DNA of 63,046 bases, counting the filler, from Polymyxa betae A26-41 (taxonomy: Eukaryota > Protista > Endomyxa: Phytomyxea), in NCBI GenBank assembly GCA_003693705.1. It is 3 parts of 3 records of this genome, joined end to end, with 100 filler letters (N's around TTAATTAATTAA, not from the genome) between each part and the next. Parts side by side here need not be neighbours in the genome. Positions count along the whole stretch, not along the records: positions 1 to 14,490 come from RBZT01000123.1; positions 14,591 to 44,380 come from RBZT01000418.1; 1 more part is not named here. The stretch is one strand, 5' to 3'. The notes below the pieces were generated by a model. The model was not told where the DNA came from. It searched no databases and worked only from the letters and a program-made list of their open reading frames with translations. The translations under genes and the position numbers were made by a program. Within the stretch, counting starts at the first letter, position 1; each line of letters starts with the position of its first letter. Of the stretch, positions 11,301-23,916 are shown piece by piece.

Positions 11301-13650
11301 GCGCCGCCTGGAAACAAGCAATGCAGGATGAGATCGATAGCATGACGTTGAACAAGAAGTGGACTCTCGTCGCGCCGCCAGCCGACGCGAACATAGTGAG
11401 CAGCCGATGGACATATAATCTCAAGTGCGACGAAGACTGAAACCCTACTAAGTACAAAGCCAGACTGGTCGCGCGGGGATTCTCCCAAGTCTTCGAAGTC
11501 GATTACACCGACACGTTCGCGCCCGTCGTCTCCATGTACAGCTGGGGATACTCTTCGCAAGAGCCGCCTCCCTGCACGTTCGACCTCATCATCTCGACGT
11601 CGCAACAGCTTTCTTAAATTCTCCACTTTACCACTTACCGAGTCGATATACATGCAGCAGCCAACCGGATTTGAACGTAAAGGCACGTACGGGGAGAAGC
11701 TAGTCTGTACACTCCAGAAGGCCGTATACGGCTTAAAGCAGTCAGGCCGCGAATGGTGGAAGACAGAATCATCCTCACTTCACACAATTGGTTTTAGGCA
11801 CATTAATGCAGATCAGTGCTTATACTTCAAAGGCAGCGGCGAGAAAGTGACGATGATCGCACTCTACGTTGATGACATGGCAATCGTGACCCAAAACTTG
11901 GACGAACTTACAACAATCAAAAGAGTGCTGTCGTCGAAGCACAAAATCAAGGATCTCGGTGAAGTAAAACACATAGTGGGAATGAAGGTCAATTACAGCG
12001 AAAAAGGAATTCATCTCTCTCAGAAGACCTACATTGATTAGATGATTCATCGTTTCAACATGACAGACGCACACTCAGAAGTGGCGCGATTACCGCCAAC
12101 GGCCATAGACCTGATCCCAACCTCAGATGACGACAAATATGAACAGACCCGCCTTTCCCTACCGCGAATCAATCGGCAGCCTCACATACGAGGCGGTCTG
12201 CACTCGACCAGACATCGCCATGGCGGTAAATCTCTGTGCACGATTCGTCGAGAAACCCGGACCTCAGCACGTGCGCGCCGTCAAGAATGTCCTTCGCTAT
12301 TTGAAGGCGACATCATCCCTGGGAATCCAGTTCAATTATTGCAAAACATCCGATATGCAACTGAAGACTTACGTCGACGCTGATTATGCAGGAGACAAGG
12401 CAGAACGCCGCTCGATTCCCGGCTTCATTGGTATGCTAAACGGACCAATATACTGGACTTCAAAACGCCAAGCCTGTGTGACACTCTCATCGACGGAGGC
12501 CGAGTATGTGGCGGCGACGAATGCCTGCCAAGAAATTGCCTGGTGCCGACGATTGCTAAACGAGCTCTGTTTTCAGCAGGAGGCGACGGTACTACTGGAA
12601 GACAACCAGGCCACCATCAAACTGGCGCTGTCGGAGACAGTCACCCGACGCTGTAAGCATATTGACGTCCGCCATCATTACATCCGAGAACTCGTTCGCG
12701 ACGGCGTCGTTCGACTCGACTACTGCCCAAGCGACGAGAACCTGGCCGACATTATGACCAAACCTCTGGGACGAGGAAGATTTGCGAAACTGCACAGCCC
12801 CCTGGTGGCCGCGCCACCTGAGCACCAAGTCCCTGCAAGTGCTCTGGCGATCGTGCACCCGGCACTAGGAGGGTGTTGACGCAGCCTGTCGGCTGTTGGA
12901 CGTCAAGCGCGTGCCTCTGCGTGCCTCTGCTCCTAATGTGGTGATGTCCTAGTACAAATACTTGATAACTCTGCAATATCGTGTCTAGTACATACACTTC
13001 ACTTCTACATTGCTTGGGGTTACGAATGCCATTTGCTCGCTTGCTGAGAAATTCATTACGATGTCTGGCACTGAAACCTCCCCAGTGATCAAGAACAATC
13101 CTAAATTTTTTCATATCCCAGCATTTGTTCCTAAGTCCTTGGCCCAGCCGTACCGAAATAGGAAAAGGTTTTTGAGTCAGAATGATCTAACAGCTTGTTC
13201 TTTTGACCTGCTATTTACGTACGTGCTTACTGGATGGGAAGGGTCTGCTGCTGATAGTCCGATTTTGGCGGACGCCTACACGAAAGGGCTTTCTTGTCCT
13301 CCAGGTAAATACGATCTTGGGGATGCAGGGTTCGGTCTCAGCACCAAACTTATGACTCCATATCGCGGCGTCCGATATCATCTGAAGGAATGGCAGCAAA
13401 GAAACAACCGGTTAGTGCTGTAATTTTGCAGAAAACGTCTAATTACTTTTATTACAGGCCGTAAAATTACAAAGAGCTATGCAACCTTCGTCATTCGCAT
13501 GCAGGGAACGCTATTGAACGCATTCTTGGCATCTTAAAAAGGTTTCCGATTGTGGTGCAGGCGCCCGAGTTCTCGTTGTCTATGCAGTCCAAGGTTGTGC
13601 TGGCCTGCTGCGTTCCTCACAACTTCATTCGTATTTCGGCACCGGAACTG
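8330..13650 (+). pseudogene. PIF/Harbinger DDE transposase pseudogene split by copia element C (5' part ~8330-8752, 3' part 13010-13650)
   Basis: GRQWVQELITGNPVRIYECLRM..EMLAIFL..QERFQRSGETISR upstream. YRNRK..SQN..ACSFDLLFTYVLTGWEGSAADS..GKY.LGDAGF..TPYRGVRYHLKEW..NLRHS..NAIER..HNFIR downstream. The first catalytic segment (DCIGAIDGT) appears deleted (KFF|HIPA). Confidence 0.9.
8753..13009 (+). mobile_element. Full-length Ty1/copia LTR retrotransposon (element C) with 136-bp LTRs (8753-8888, 12874-13009); pol disrupted
   Basis: TG...CA LTR pair with 10 mismatches in 136 by manual alignment. PBS GGTTATGGGCCCAG at 8889; PPT AGGAGGG. Gag-PR-IN ORF 8893-10977 (CHRCGESGHHAKDC, WYIDSGATHHM, WHDRLGH, FHSDVCGP, SDNGGEY). 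RT/RNase H in broken frames (YGLKQSGR, YVDDM, YVDADYAG, KHIDVRHH). Diverged 5-bp TSD CTGCA/TTGCT. Confidence 0.97.
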
Positions 13651-14490
13651 CGCAGGTCTGCCCTGACATGCCTTATCCTGCGGGATTCTGCCAAACGCAG
13701 CGGAAATCTGCGTTTTGGATCGAGACCTGCAAAAAACCTGCAATTTTGCCAAAGTGCGCTCCGGAGCCAGGATCAGCAATGTGAGACCATCCGCAAAAAT
13801 CTGCGTCCTTTCCTATTCTAACTGCCCTTTCATGCGAAATTGCAATTGCAATGGTTTGCAAATAAAATTTGATGTAAAATTATAAAGTTTGAATGTTGTT
13901 CTGACTTGGCTTTGGTTGATTTATCAATGAACGTTGAATGTAGAGTGATCCCATCTCCTAATCATTTTCATGGTAACATCATGTCACAGATCGAATCGCT
14001 CCTCTGACCATTCTTCTCATATACTTTCTCACGATTCTATCGATCACATCCTAAGCATTGATGCCAATCTGGACGTTCAGGTCAGTCTTCCGGTTTATTT
14101 ACTGTCTTTGTACCTATGTAAACCCTAACCCTATTTTGCGATAGAAGTTTTATTGAAAAATGCAGGAAAGGTCATCATGGATTTTGTGAGCAAATGTCTA
14201 TCGTTTTCGTGTTGGTTTACCTGCATCATCCTGGCAGCGCTTCTGAAGGTGGGCGAAAACCTGATTTCTAGTTTTTTGACCTAAGCTGCTGGTATTGATG
14301 TCAAAAACAACGTTATTGTTTTGGTTGAGGCGCACGAAATCTTCATACACGGATTCCAACAGAAAACCAAGCGAATCCTTCGGGAAACAGTACTCTCCGA
14401 TTTCTTTCGGCAGTGACTGCTGCTTCCGATTTTTGGCATTTTCTTTGGCTTTCATATCAGACAACTTCGCCAACAGCTCCTGTGAATGAA

Positions 14491-14590
14491 NNNNNNNNNN
14501 NNNNNNNNNNNNNNNNNNNNNNNNNNNNNNNNNNTTAATTAATTAANNNNNNNNNNNNNNNNNNNNNNNNNNNNNNNNNNNNNNNNNNNN
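14491..14590. other. Artificial contig-joining spacer
   Basis: 44 N + TTAATTAATTAA (stops in all six frames) + 44 N; identical to 44381-44480. Confidence 0.98.
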
Positions 14591-14740
14591 CATTAGAGCT
14601 ACCTCCTCGCTATGAAATTAAAAAAAACATCTGCATTTCTTCTATAATGTGGCTGCCGCAAGAAACTGCGCGAGTGCGCAGATTTTTTACTGCGTAAGTG
14701 ACGCAGAAACAATCTGCGTGCGCAAATTTTGCTTATAAAA

Positions 14741-14806
14741 ATACTCCCTTATAATTAATACAAAGGCCTTCCACCGACCGTATTAATTATAAGAGAGTGT
14801 ACGGTA
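14741..14806. mobile_element. pogo/Tc1-like transposon terminus with internal inverted repeat
   Basis: ATACTCCCTTATAATTAATAC (14741-14761) vs GTATTAATTATAAGAGAGTGT (14780-14800) are 19/21 complementary; ends ACGG|TA; similar to 498-522. Confidence 0.5.
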
Positions 14807-14939
14807 CTGTACAGCAGCCGAGATAGTTTTTTATCGACTTGCTTTCTAGGCAATTGCAATTTGTCATAGAATTGATACAGAATATTTAGTGATTTACATA
14901 GATTAAATAAATTAGCAACAGGAAGAGATGAGGAAGGAT

Positions 14940-16027
<1,088 letters not shown>

Positions 16028-16369
16028 TAACCTTGTATAACAAAAAATAATATTCTTTTTAATATATATATTCTCAAACTTCCAATGATTTCAATGCAGA
16101 AATCATTTCATTTAATCACTCAATTTGGCTTCATCATTATTAACTAACAGTAGAAGTTTTGTAGAATTCCAACTACTTTATTATATATTTTTCGTCTAAT
16201 CTGAAGCAGACAAACGAAATCTAATATCCTCATTTAGGCATGCAGTAAGTAGCTGGTTCGTTTCAGGAAAACGGTGTTTAGTCGGAATTCACTTCATCTT
16301 CGAAATCCAACCGTGGCGTCGTCCTCTGGCCTGAAGCTGTCGGCAGCGGCGCTGTATGAGGCGCCTTGT

Positions 16370-19230
16370 ATGGATCAGGCCCAACCAGCACAGCAGCATG
16401 ATCTCGATCCTGTGGCAGCCACCGTCCCGGCTTGGCTCGAACAGCTTCGTGGCTCGCTGGAGACTGGCCTGGCTGCACCAACCGCCGACCATGACCAGAA
16501 ATCGGCCGATTGGTGTCTTCAGGTGATTTCTCCCACAGTTAGATTATTCTCTTCTGATGCCTTTCAGGCCCAGATAAACCTGTTCACGTCGATGGAATCC
16601 GATGAGAAAACTGACGACGTCGCTGATGCTGCTAAGGCGGCCTCGGATGACGCTGATCGAGCTGTACAAGCGATACCTGCAGCACCTTCTACAACTGCAG
16701 AACCTTACTTGGTGCAATTCTTAGCTACCAAAGTTCTAGACGAACTCAAACCGTATAATATCCGGGATCGTTTTGGGAAATTGTTCACAAGACAAAACGC
16801 AGGTTGATTAAGCAGGTTTACTGTTTTGCCCCATTCACCCACGAAACTGTCTAGACTCTCCAATTAACGAACTGAAGAAATATGAAAGCTCTGTTCGAAT
16901 GGCTGTTTCATTGCATGAGAAGCACATGATCCGGTTGAATGCGGCTCGCAAGCGTATTGATATCTCGATGAAGGGTCACTGATTACACCCGTTACTGAGT
17001 TGATAGCAACTGAATCAGTGTTAGAGGATCTCGCCAAATGGGATCGCTGGGCTATGGACGCGCTCAGCACGCTCGGGCAAACGTACTTTGAAACCTGCCG
17101 CCTGCATCTCGATTCACAGATCGAGATTGAAGTTCATACTGTTGATTGGCTGAACCGAATACTGGCCCAAATCAACGCCCGAATTCTTCAAAACAATATG
17201 TTGGAACGATTTCTTCGTGGTTCCTGCTTCGCTTATCCCTGTCGATAGAGATTTTTCCAATCCGGGACTTTTACAGATCGATGCTGCAACCGGGACCTTT
17301 GTCAAAGTTGAAGATTTAATTCTACCAGAACATATTGCAGGTATGAAACGAGGATGTCAATCACTCCAAGAAGTTCTCGAACAGCTTTCGGTTGGTTGCT
17401 TTTATGTTTCTAATGCCAAGGCTGATATTGGTCTGATAGACTCAGTACGAAGAGCAGCAGCGAGAGTGTACAAGATTGGAGACAGCAGCTGAGAGAAGAC
17501 TGAAACTTGCCAATCTTGTGTCTATCGTGTGTATCATTCACTGTCAAGGGCTGCATTTATTCATCGATGTGATCAGGGCTTAGCGAATTCGAAATCGCAC
17601 CCCTTCCAGAGCGTGCGCTTTTACTATCATGAACCAGACAAGATCGCCCAGGTGTGTTTTATTGCTCCTCTTGTTATCGCCCACTCTAATGCTTCGTACA
17701 GACGGCGTTTAATAGATTGATGCTGGACGAAAGGCAACGTGTTGGGCAACTGATAAAGCAATGGATGGCTTTGCTCAGAAACGCCCTTAAAGTTCGTCCC
17801 GATTGACTGCTTGATTATTCCGCCAGCCATTAAGTTCAAATGAATAGAACCCAGCTCGCCGTGTTACTGCTGAAGCGATTAATGCCTTTCTTGAGTATTT
17901 GGTCACGTTTCTCATCAAATCGTACAATTTACACAGAGAGACCCAGGACAGGACGCTTCGTTTGTTTGTCCATCGAATGATTTTCCCAAGAATAATGAGG
18001 TCAGTTGCCATGCTCTGCAGGCAATCGTTTGATCAAAAGTTTCGCTGCAGAACTTTAAATCGTCTACAAAGCAATAATGAGATTGAAAACGATGCCAAGT
18101 TTCGGAAGAAGGTTCGCTGGATGTGGCGGCTGAGTCAAGAACAGATTGGAATTGGCAAAGAGTTTCGGTTGGTTCGGCGACTTGATGCGGTTTGAGCGTT
18201 GTTCATTGATCTCATACAGATGTCCAAATGAATATTGTCTTGCTGCTCCTCCTCCTGGTCTTACGATTGTGTTTGCTGCTTGTTGCGATAACTGACTCGA
18301 TTTTAGGCATGATGACATCCCCGACCGGGATCTTACAGCCGCAGACTCCTAACAGCTTCTCTGCTGTTTCTACGACCGGTAAAATGTTCTGCTAGACAGC
18401 CGTGTTCTGACATGTTGCCAAGGCTCGTCAACGACCATGTTGTGCTTACCGAGCGATTTCCCCTTTTTCGAATCGATCAGTATTTTATCCAGTTTGGAGC
18501 ATCAGGTAGCATTGGGTCTTTTCTTCCATTTAGCTTACAGAGCGCTTATTTGCTTTTGAGTGTGTTCCAACGGATATGCTCTTCACCTTGATGCAGACAA
18601 TATCCTCGATTCAGCATTGTTGTAGGCGATATTCTGGTCTGTACAGCTTTCATTAAACGATTTGACGTTGGTTGAGATTGGACCAGGAAAGGATGATGCG
18701 ATCGTTGGGGCCGATGACCTGTTTCCCATCGCGATCTGGGTGGTCGTACACTCTCACACTCCAAAGTATGATAGCGACCCTCGATGCTTGTCGGTACTTT
18801 CTTACTGTGTTGCAAACAGCATCAACAGTCGACTCGGTCACATATTACGATTGTTAACCGATGATAAGCTGAGGAACTTTGGTGAATCGGGAATTTCTCT
18901 GGCTATTATAGAAGGTGCGATGAAAACATTTTTCTTTTACTATGCTCATACGGTTTACAGCTACAATCTCGTATATTCTTAATGTGCAGCCATCAAAGTT
19001 CGGTCTGCCGTTTAGCGGTGACGACGATCCCGATTTCATTGCATCGCATTCAAGTACATTTGACCTTTTTGTTTGTGCATCATTTGACATGTTTTTCCTC
19101 AGATTCTTCTGCTAATCACGAAGAACCTGTCAATTTTGATGATGTCTCACCGAATGGTAAGCTGCATATACTATTGATCAGCGGCTATAGAATTTGAGCA
19201 TTTCGTGCAGATGAAGACCCGTTTTCGTAG
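16370..19230 (+). CDS. VPS9-domain protein (Rab5-type GEF), multi-exon; boundaries approximate
   Basis: IVGADDLFPIAIWVVVHSHTPK and FGESGISLAIIEGA resemble the VPS9 GADD-P and GE-GY motifs; many short GT-AG introns. Confidence 0.75.
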
Positions 19231-19339
19231 TCATGACTTTGTCAGAGAACATTAAATAATAAATCATTCTGATTTATGTGAGAATGGATTCTATGTCCGT
19301 CTTATCGTCACAAAGGCTCCGATCCCCGATTGCCTCATA

Positions 19340-20008
19340 ATGTCAGCTGTGATCCCGCCAGCCCCAGCTGCACCTCCCCTACCTTTGGCCTTAAATCAAC
19401 TGCCGCCCATCCGATATTCAATCCTTGATCAGATCGATGCAGCATCGAAATCAGAACCTTCCAAGTCGCGTCGTGTTGGAATGCATAATGCAAAGCTGAT
19501 GAGCGTGGTAGGGTCGCTATGGCCAACCTTGGTGTCGAATGGCTGTTCATGAGCGTTAGCTACACTAAACAGATCATCAATCTGGAGAAGAGTTCGTCAT
19601 ACCAAGGCAAGGTTAAATTCTTTTACGTCGACGAAGAAGTCGAGGTTGTCGTTAGTCTCGTCATGAAATCTTTCTAAATTCTTGACAGAGGGAGTTTATT
19701 GAATCTGTAAACTTAATCGGTAAGAAACCCGATTCGGTTCATCAACTATTAACAATTGGTGCTTTAGTCGGGAGTCCAGCATTGATGTTCTGGATAGCAG
19801 GCAGTCGGGTCATCTTCCAGCGGCCAGGATGGGAGCCATCACCAGTCGTAAGACCACCGCCATCGATCGAATTGGCGTTTAGTCATGACCTGCATAGATC
19901 GTCGGTCCGCTTCCAGATGCTCGTATCGAATCCATCGTCACCTTGGTATTGGAGCAATATACGGCCATAAAAGAGAATCCGAAATACATCCTCAAGCTTG
20001 CATTTTAG
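19340..20008 (+). CDS. Small thioredoxin-fold-like protein, multi-exon, no CxxC seen
   Basis: Manual splicing gives ...KVKFFYVDEEVEREFIESVNLIVGSPALMFWIAGSRV...IVGPLPDARIESIV..., the pattern of a thioredoxin C-terminal half including the cis-Pro position. Confidence 0.5.
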
Positions 20009-20175
20009 AGAAGACGACTGTTCGTAATCTCTTATGGAATCAGACGAGCAGGTTCACATTCATCCCTGCAGAAATCTGTGTTGGTTTCAGACCGCAAAAC
20101 CATAAAAATGATGAGTCATGTCGTCAGGCTGCACGTGTCGTGGGCAGTCTTCTGAAGTCTGTAAATCGCAAAGCA

Positions 20176-20676
20176 ATGTTGCTGATAACATTCGCTCTTG
20201 CTGCTGCTGGCGTCTATGCAGGACGAGTCGGGGACGATCCCAACATGGACCGATTCGAAGGCCCGTCGTATATGGTCGCCGACCCAACCCAGGAGCGGTC
20301 GGTACTGGTGACGATCTTCCTGCAATGTGTTGGACTGTGGGCGTTGTCCTGGGCCATCGCATCCATCGTATTCTTCTTGCTTTTGCGGCATCCATCAGAT
20401 TGGACGCGGAGCCTGGCTGCATCGAAATCTGGGAACCCGTCTCAGAAGCAGAAACGCTCGAGGGCTAGCCCGAAAAAAAGATCGCCAGCAAACAGGTCGC
20501 CAACGCACCGAGATCAGCAGCGCCAACCCGGTAAGCAATCGCGAGAAGATTCATTAAGCAACGGCTACCTTCCACAAAACGACCAGGCAGTCCAGAACGC
20601 TTCTTCAACATTCAAGCAACAAGTTTATTTGGACAGGAAGCGGATCTGGGGTGACCCCAAGGCCCCAACTCAATAG
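20176..20676 (+). CDS. Hypothetical single-pass membrane protein, 166 aa
   Basis: Signal-like MLLITFALAAAGVYAG; hydrophobic VLVTIFLQCVGLWALSWAIASIVFFLLL; basic Ser/Pro-rich tail. Confidence 0.6.
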   Translation: MLLITFALAAAGVYAGRVGDDPNMDRFEGPSYMVADPTQERSVLVTIFLQCVGLWALSWAIASIVFFLLLRHPSDWTRSLAASKSGNPSQKQKRSRASPKKRSPANRSPTHRDQQRQPGKQSREDSLSNGYLPQNDQAVQNASSTFKQQVYLDRKRIWGDPKAPTQ

Positions 20677-20848
20677 AGTATAACTCTATCCATCCACTTT
20701 TATAGATATTATATACAGCCTGGAATTGGGTGAACTGAAGGGCGAGCCACAGCCTAGACCTGAGGCATGGCGTAACAAAACGAGGCATTACAGTCATACT
20801 CATACAGTTCCCTAACCCTAACCTCTCGCTCATTTTAATGATGGTTTA

Positions 20849-22453
20849 TTATCGCAATGGTTGTTGGGAATCGGGCGAACTCGGGGATCCTTCACCTGTT
20901 GAGGCACCGGCGCTTGAGCGTCGCACTGTCGAGATCGCCCTAGATGATCCAGCGCTGCTCAGCGAGTGACGACGTTTCGGTGTCGGCTTCGACCACGCTT
21001 TTCGGTAATCGTATTCGTAGCCAGCAAATTTGTTGTTATCGGCGACTGCCTCTTGGGCTTCCGGTTCCAAGATATCCAACTACCATCATCATCAATGGTC
21101 AAAGCAATGGAAATCATCGCTATTTCATACAGCGAAAACATGGGCCGAAAAATTGTCCCAAGAATTCGGAGCAATTTCTAATGGTCCACATCCTTTCCTC
21201 TATCAAACGCATTCATAGCGGTTCTTCAGATGGCAAACAAGAATTTCGGAAAGGCAACATTTTTCCAAACCTCTGACCTTTCGAAGCTGCGGCCAGTCGA
21301 CTCCCGAGAAGAATCCATGGGCCTTAACTTCGTTCCAAACAGTCAGCCGATTCTTCAAGTTGAATGCCATCAATCGCTGAATGAGATCTTTCGCGCCGTC
21401 ATCAATTCCGTTCCATGACGAGGGCTCAGCTTTTTGGGCGATCATTTCCTCGGTGGATTTGAAAGGCGGTCGGCCTTTCAGTAAGTAGTACAAGGTGGCA
21501 CCGAAAGAGAAAAAGTCAGGTTCGATTCCATGCTCAGAGCCATCATCTAGTTCAGGCGCCATAAATCCGGGTGTGCCGCCCTTGAAGCGCGCTACAAGAT
21601 CGGATATGAGTTTTCAGATGATGATGCAAGATGCTTACTTTTATAATCAGTATTTGGATCGAGGATGGTGGCGAGACCAAAGTCAGTGATGCGGGCGTGT
21701 CCTTGTCTATCGAGGACGATATTTGATGGCTTTAGATCCTATCGTAGATGCGGCAGTAAGCTCAGAATAAGGCGATGAGTTCCAATCCCATACATGATGT
21801 ACGATATGATTGCGATGCAGGTCCTAACAAAATCTGTTGAATCTCATCGATTGCATGATAATGGAGCTTCTTACCTCCAAGCCTAATGCAATTTCACTGG
21901 CAAAGAATCTGGCGATTTCTACTTTAAAAGTGTGATGAGTTGTGATGTGATGTTCTAGATTGGAACATCGTTTCAGAACTGATGGGTATTTCATGATTGA
22001 TTGAAATCTCTTACCAAGATCGCCACCAGCTAGAAAGTCCATGACCAGATATAGGTGGATGTTGTCCTGAAATGCATAATAGAGCATGGGAGTGAAGAGC
22101 GACCGAGTTCGCTGTAACACATTCCTTTCGAGCCAGGCCACTTTGATGAACACTTCCGATTGCATCAACTGAGCTTTACCCATACGTTTCATAGCCAGGA
22201 TTCCACCATCTCCCACCTTCGGATCCGTCTTCTTCTGTTATTCAAACCTAAACCACTAGGGTTTCTGTTCTCTTTACAAAGAGCGAACCTTCACGATATG
22301 AACCATTCCAAATCCACCTTCATTTGCGGTTAAAATGTTATGATCGAATTACTGTGATTCTCTACCTTTGCCGATAGCTCCCACAATCTCGAAATGAGTT
22401 ATGTCAACTTGATCTTTATTTGGACGATTTCCCGAAGGACATTGACATCCCAT
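20849..22453 (-). CDS. AGC-group Ser/Thr protein kinase (STK32/YANK-like), multi-exon
   Basis: MGCQC..HFEIVGAIGKG|GFG..LAMKRM..YAFQDNIHLYLVMDFLAGGDL..DLKPSNI..ITDFG..GTPGFMAPE..DFFSFG..HGFFSGVDW; C-tail FAGYEY. Confidence 0.9.
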
Positions 22454-22699
22454 TGGAGAAACGACACTTTGATCAGTACTGTCAAAGAGGATCGATCGAT
22501 TTCACGCATGAGCTATTAGCTCAGCTACGATTGTGACTGGCCAGAACATAGGGGCTATGAACTCAGACGGATCATGAAGACAGAGCGGAAACAAGCTCTG
22601 GCGATTAAAACTGAATACAGAATATGATTACTGATCTTCTCATCACAATGAAGTCTCAGAACTAAAATCTCGATTCTCAAGGCGAATCCCGAAGAGGCA

Positions 22700-23633
22700 G
22701 ACGTTGCGATGGTCGCCCTGGTTTGATCAGCATCATTACAACTTTCCTGATATCAGCAAGGAACTTCTGGACATTAATTGGCATCAACAATCACTAGATA
22801 TCATTTCAATTGTTCATTTCACGAGGGTTTTCAGTACAAAACAAATCGTCTGAGTCAATCGGGGAATCCTCCTCATTCTTCTTCGCATTCATTCTTCGTG
22901 CTAGATAAGACGTCTTTGAAGCAATTCTTCACTTCCAGGCTAAAAACGCCGGTCGATTTCGTAGCAATCTTTCTGAAACCGTGGATTCGTTAATCAGGAG
23001 CGGAGCTGCCCGGCAAATTTGATTCTGTCCAGGGTTTCACGAACCGAATTCGTGGGTGCTTCATGTAAGATGAAGGAGGTCAGGTGGATGCGGGCAGCAA
23101 ATTGAGTCTCGCTGGTCACCTGCTCATTGATATAGCCGAGCATGGGGTGATTACGAGATGGAATCGATTCGTCAAAAAGTCGTATGGGTGAACAATTGAT
23201 AGCTGTGGCAGTTCATTTGCCACCTTGCTGTACCAGGCGATACATTTTTGAACGTCCAAGAAGAGGTTCTCCTCGTGGAACAACTAGCACACACAGAAAG
23301 TCGACGAATCCCATTAATTGAGATGACAACCGTCGCAGGAAATATCGAAGTCAGACAGTCAGAATAAGCAAGACAAATGATTTTCTTCATAGCTCCACAA
23401 ACCACAAGCGATCTCGAACGCATTATTGCAAGAGTATTTACAGAATTGATATCTAGATTACGAGCATTAAATGAAGTAACCACACTGCGAGAGCGATCCT
23501 AGGCCGTTCTGATGAACAGCATCGGAAGCAACCTCGAGGCGCACCGTACTCGGATCAAGGTTTCTCTCGACCGCAAGCTGTCAAACCTTTCCGAATCGGA
23601 TCGACAATCAGGGCGATCTCTCGGCTGACCCAT
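22700..23633 (-). CDS. Possible multi-exon hypothetical protein
   Basis: ATG (MGQPRDRP...) followed by GT-AG-bounded segments (e.g. LFHEENLFLDVQKCIA); no recognisable motif, 3' end uncertain. Confidence 0.25.
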
Positions 23634-23916
23634 TCTGCAAAGATTGCGAGAGCGCCTTTTGCGCACAGTTGGGTTTTGGAGTCGTCGGGCGACTGTCGAC
23701 AGCCTCTCTATACATAAAAAACGCATAGTAAGAGGAGGAGGCCACCCCTTTATCTGTCATATCTGTCATTGACTCGTTTCCATCACGAAATTAGTCGAGA
23801 ATTGTCTGGACGCACGAGATATCACTCGAGCTAGACCATCCCCGATCAGGGTTCGTCATAGGTCGATTGCAATCGCAGCGTTAGCCGTACCGATCCAGTT
23901 GCGGTCATTATCGAAA

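Noticed and set aside
14198-14473. Minus-strand ORF as the Myb partner of the PIF transposase
   Set aside because: Truncated by the contig end and no Myb/SANT tryptophan pattern is visible.
14491-14590. TTAATTAATTAA palindrome within Ns (also 44381-44480) as a biological element
   Set aside because: Identical 100-nt construct with six-frame stops, i.e. a concatenation linker. Histone-TE and kinase-5S adjacencies across it are artefacts.
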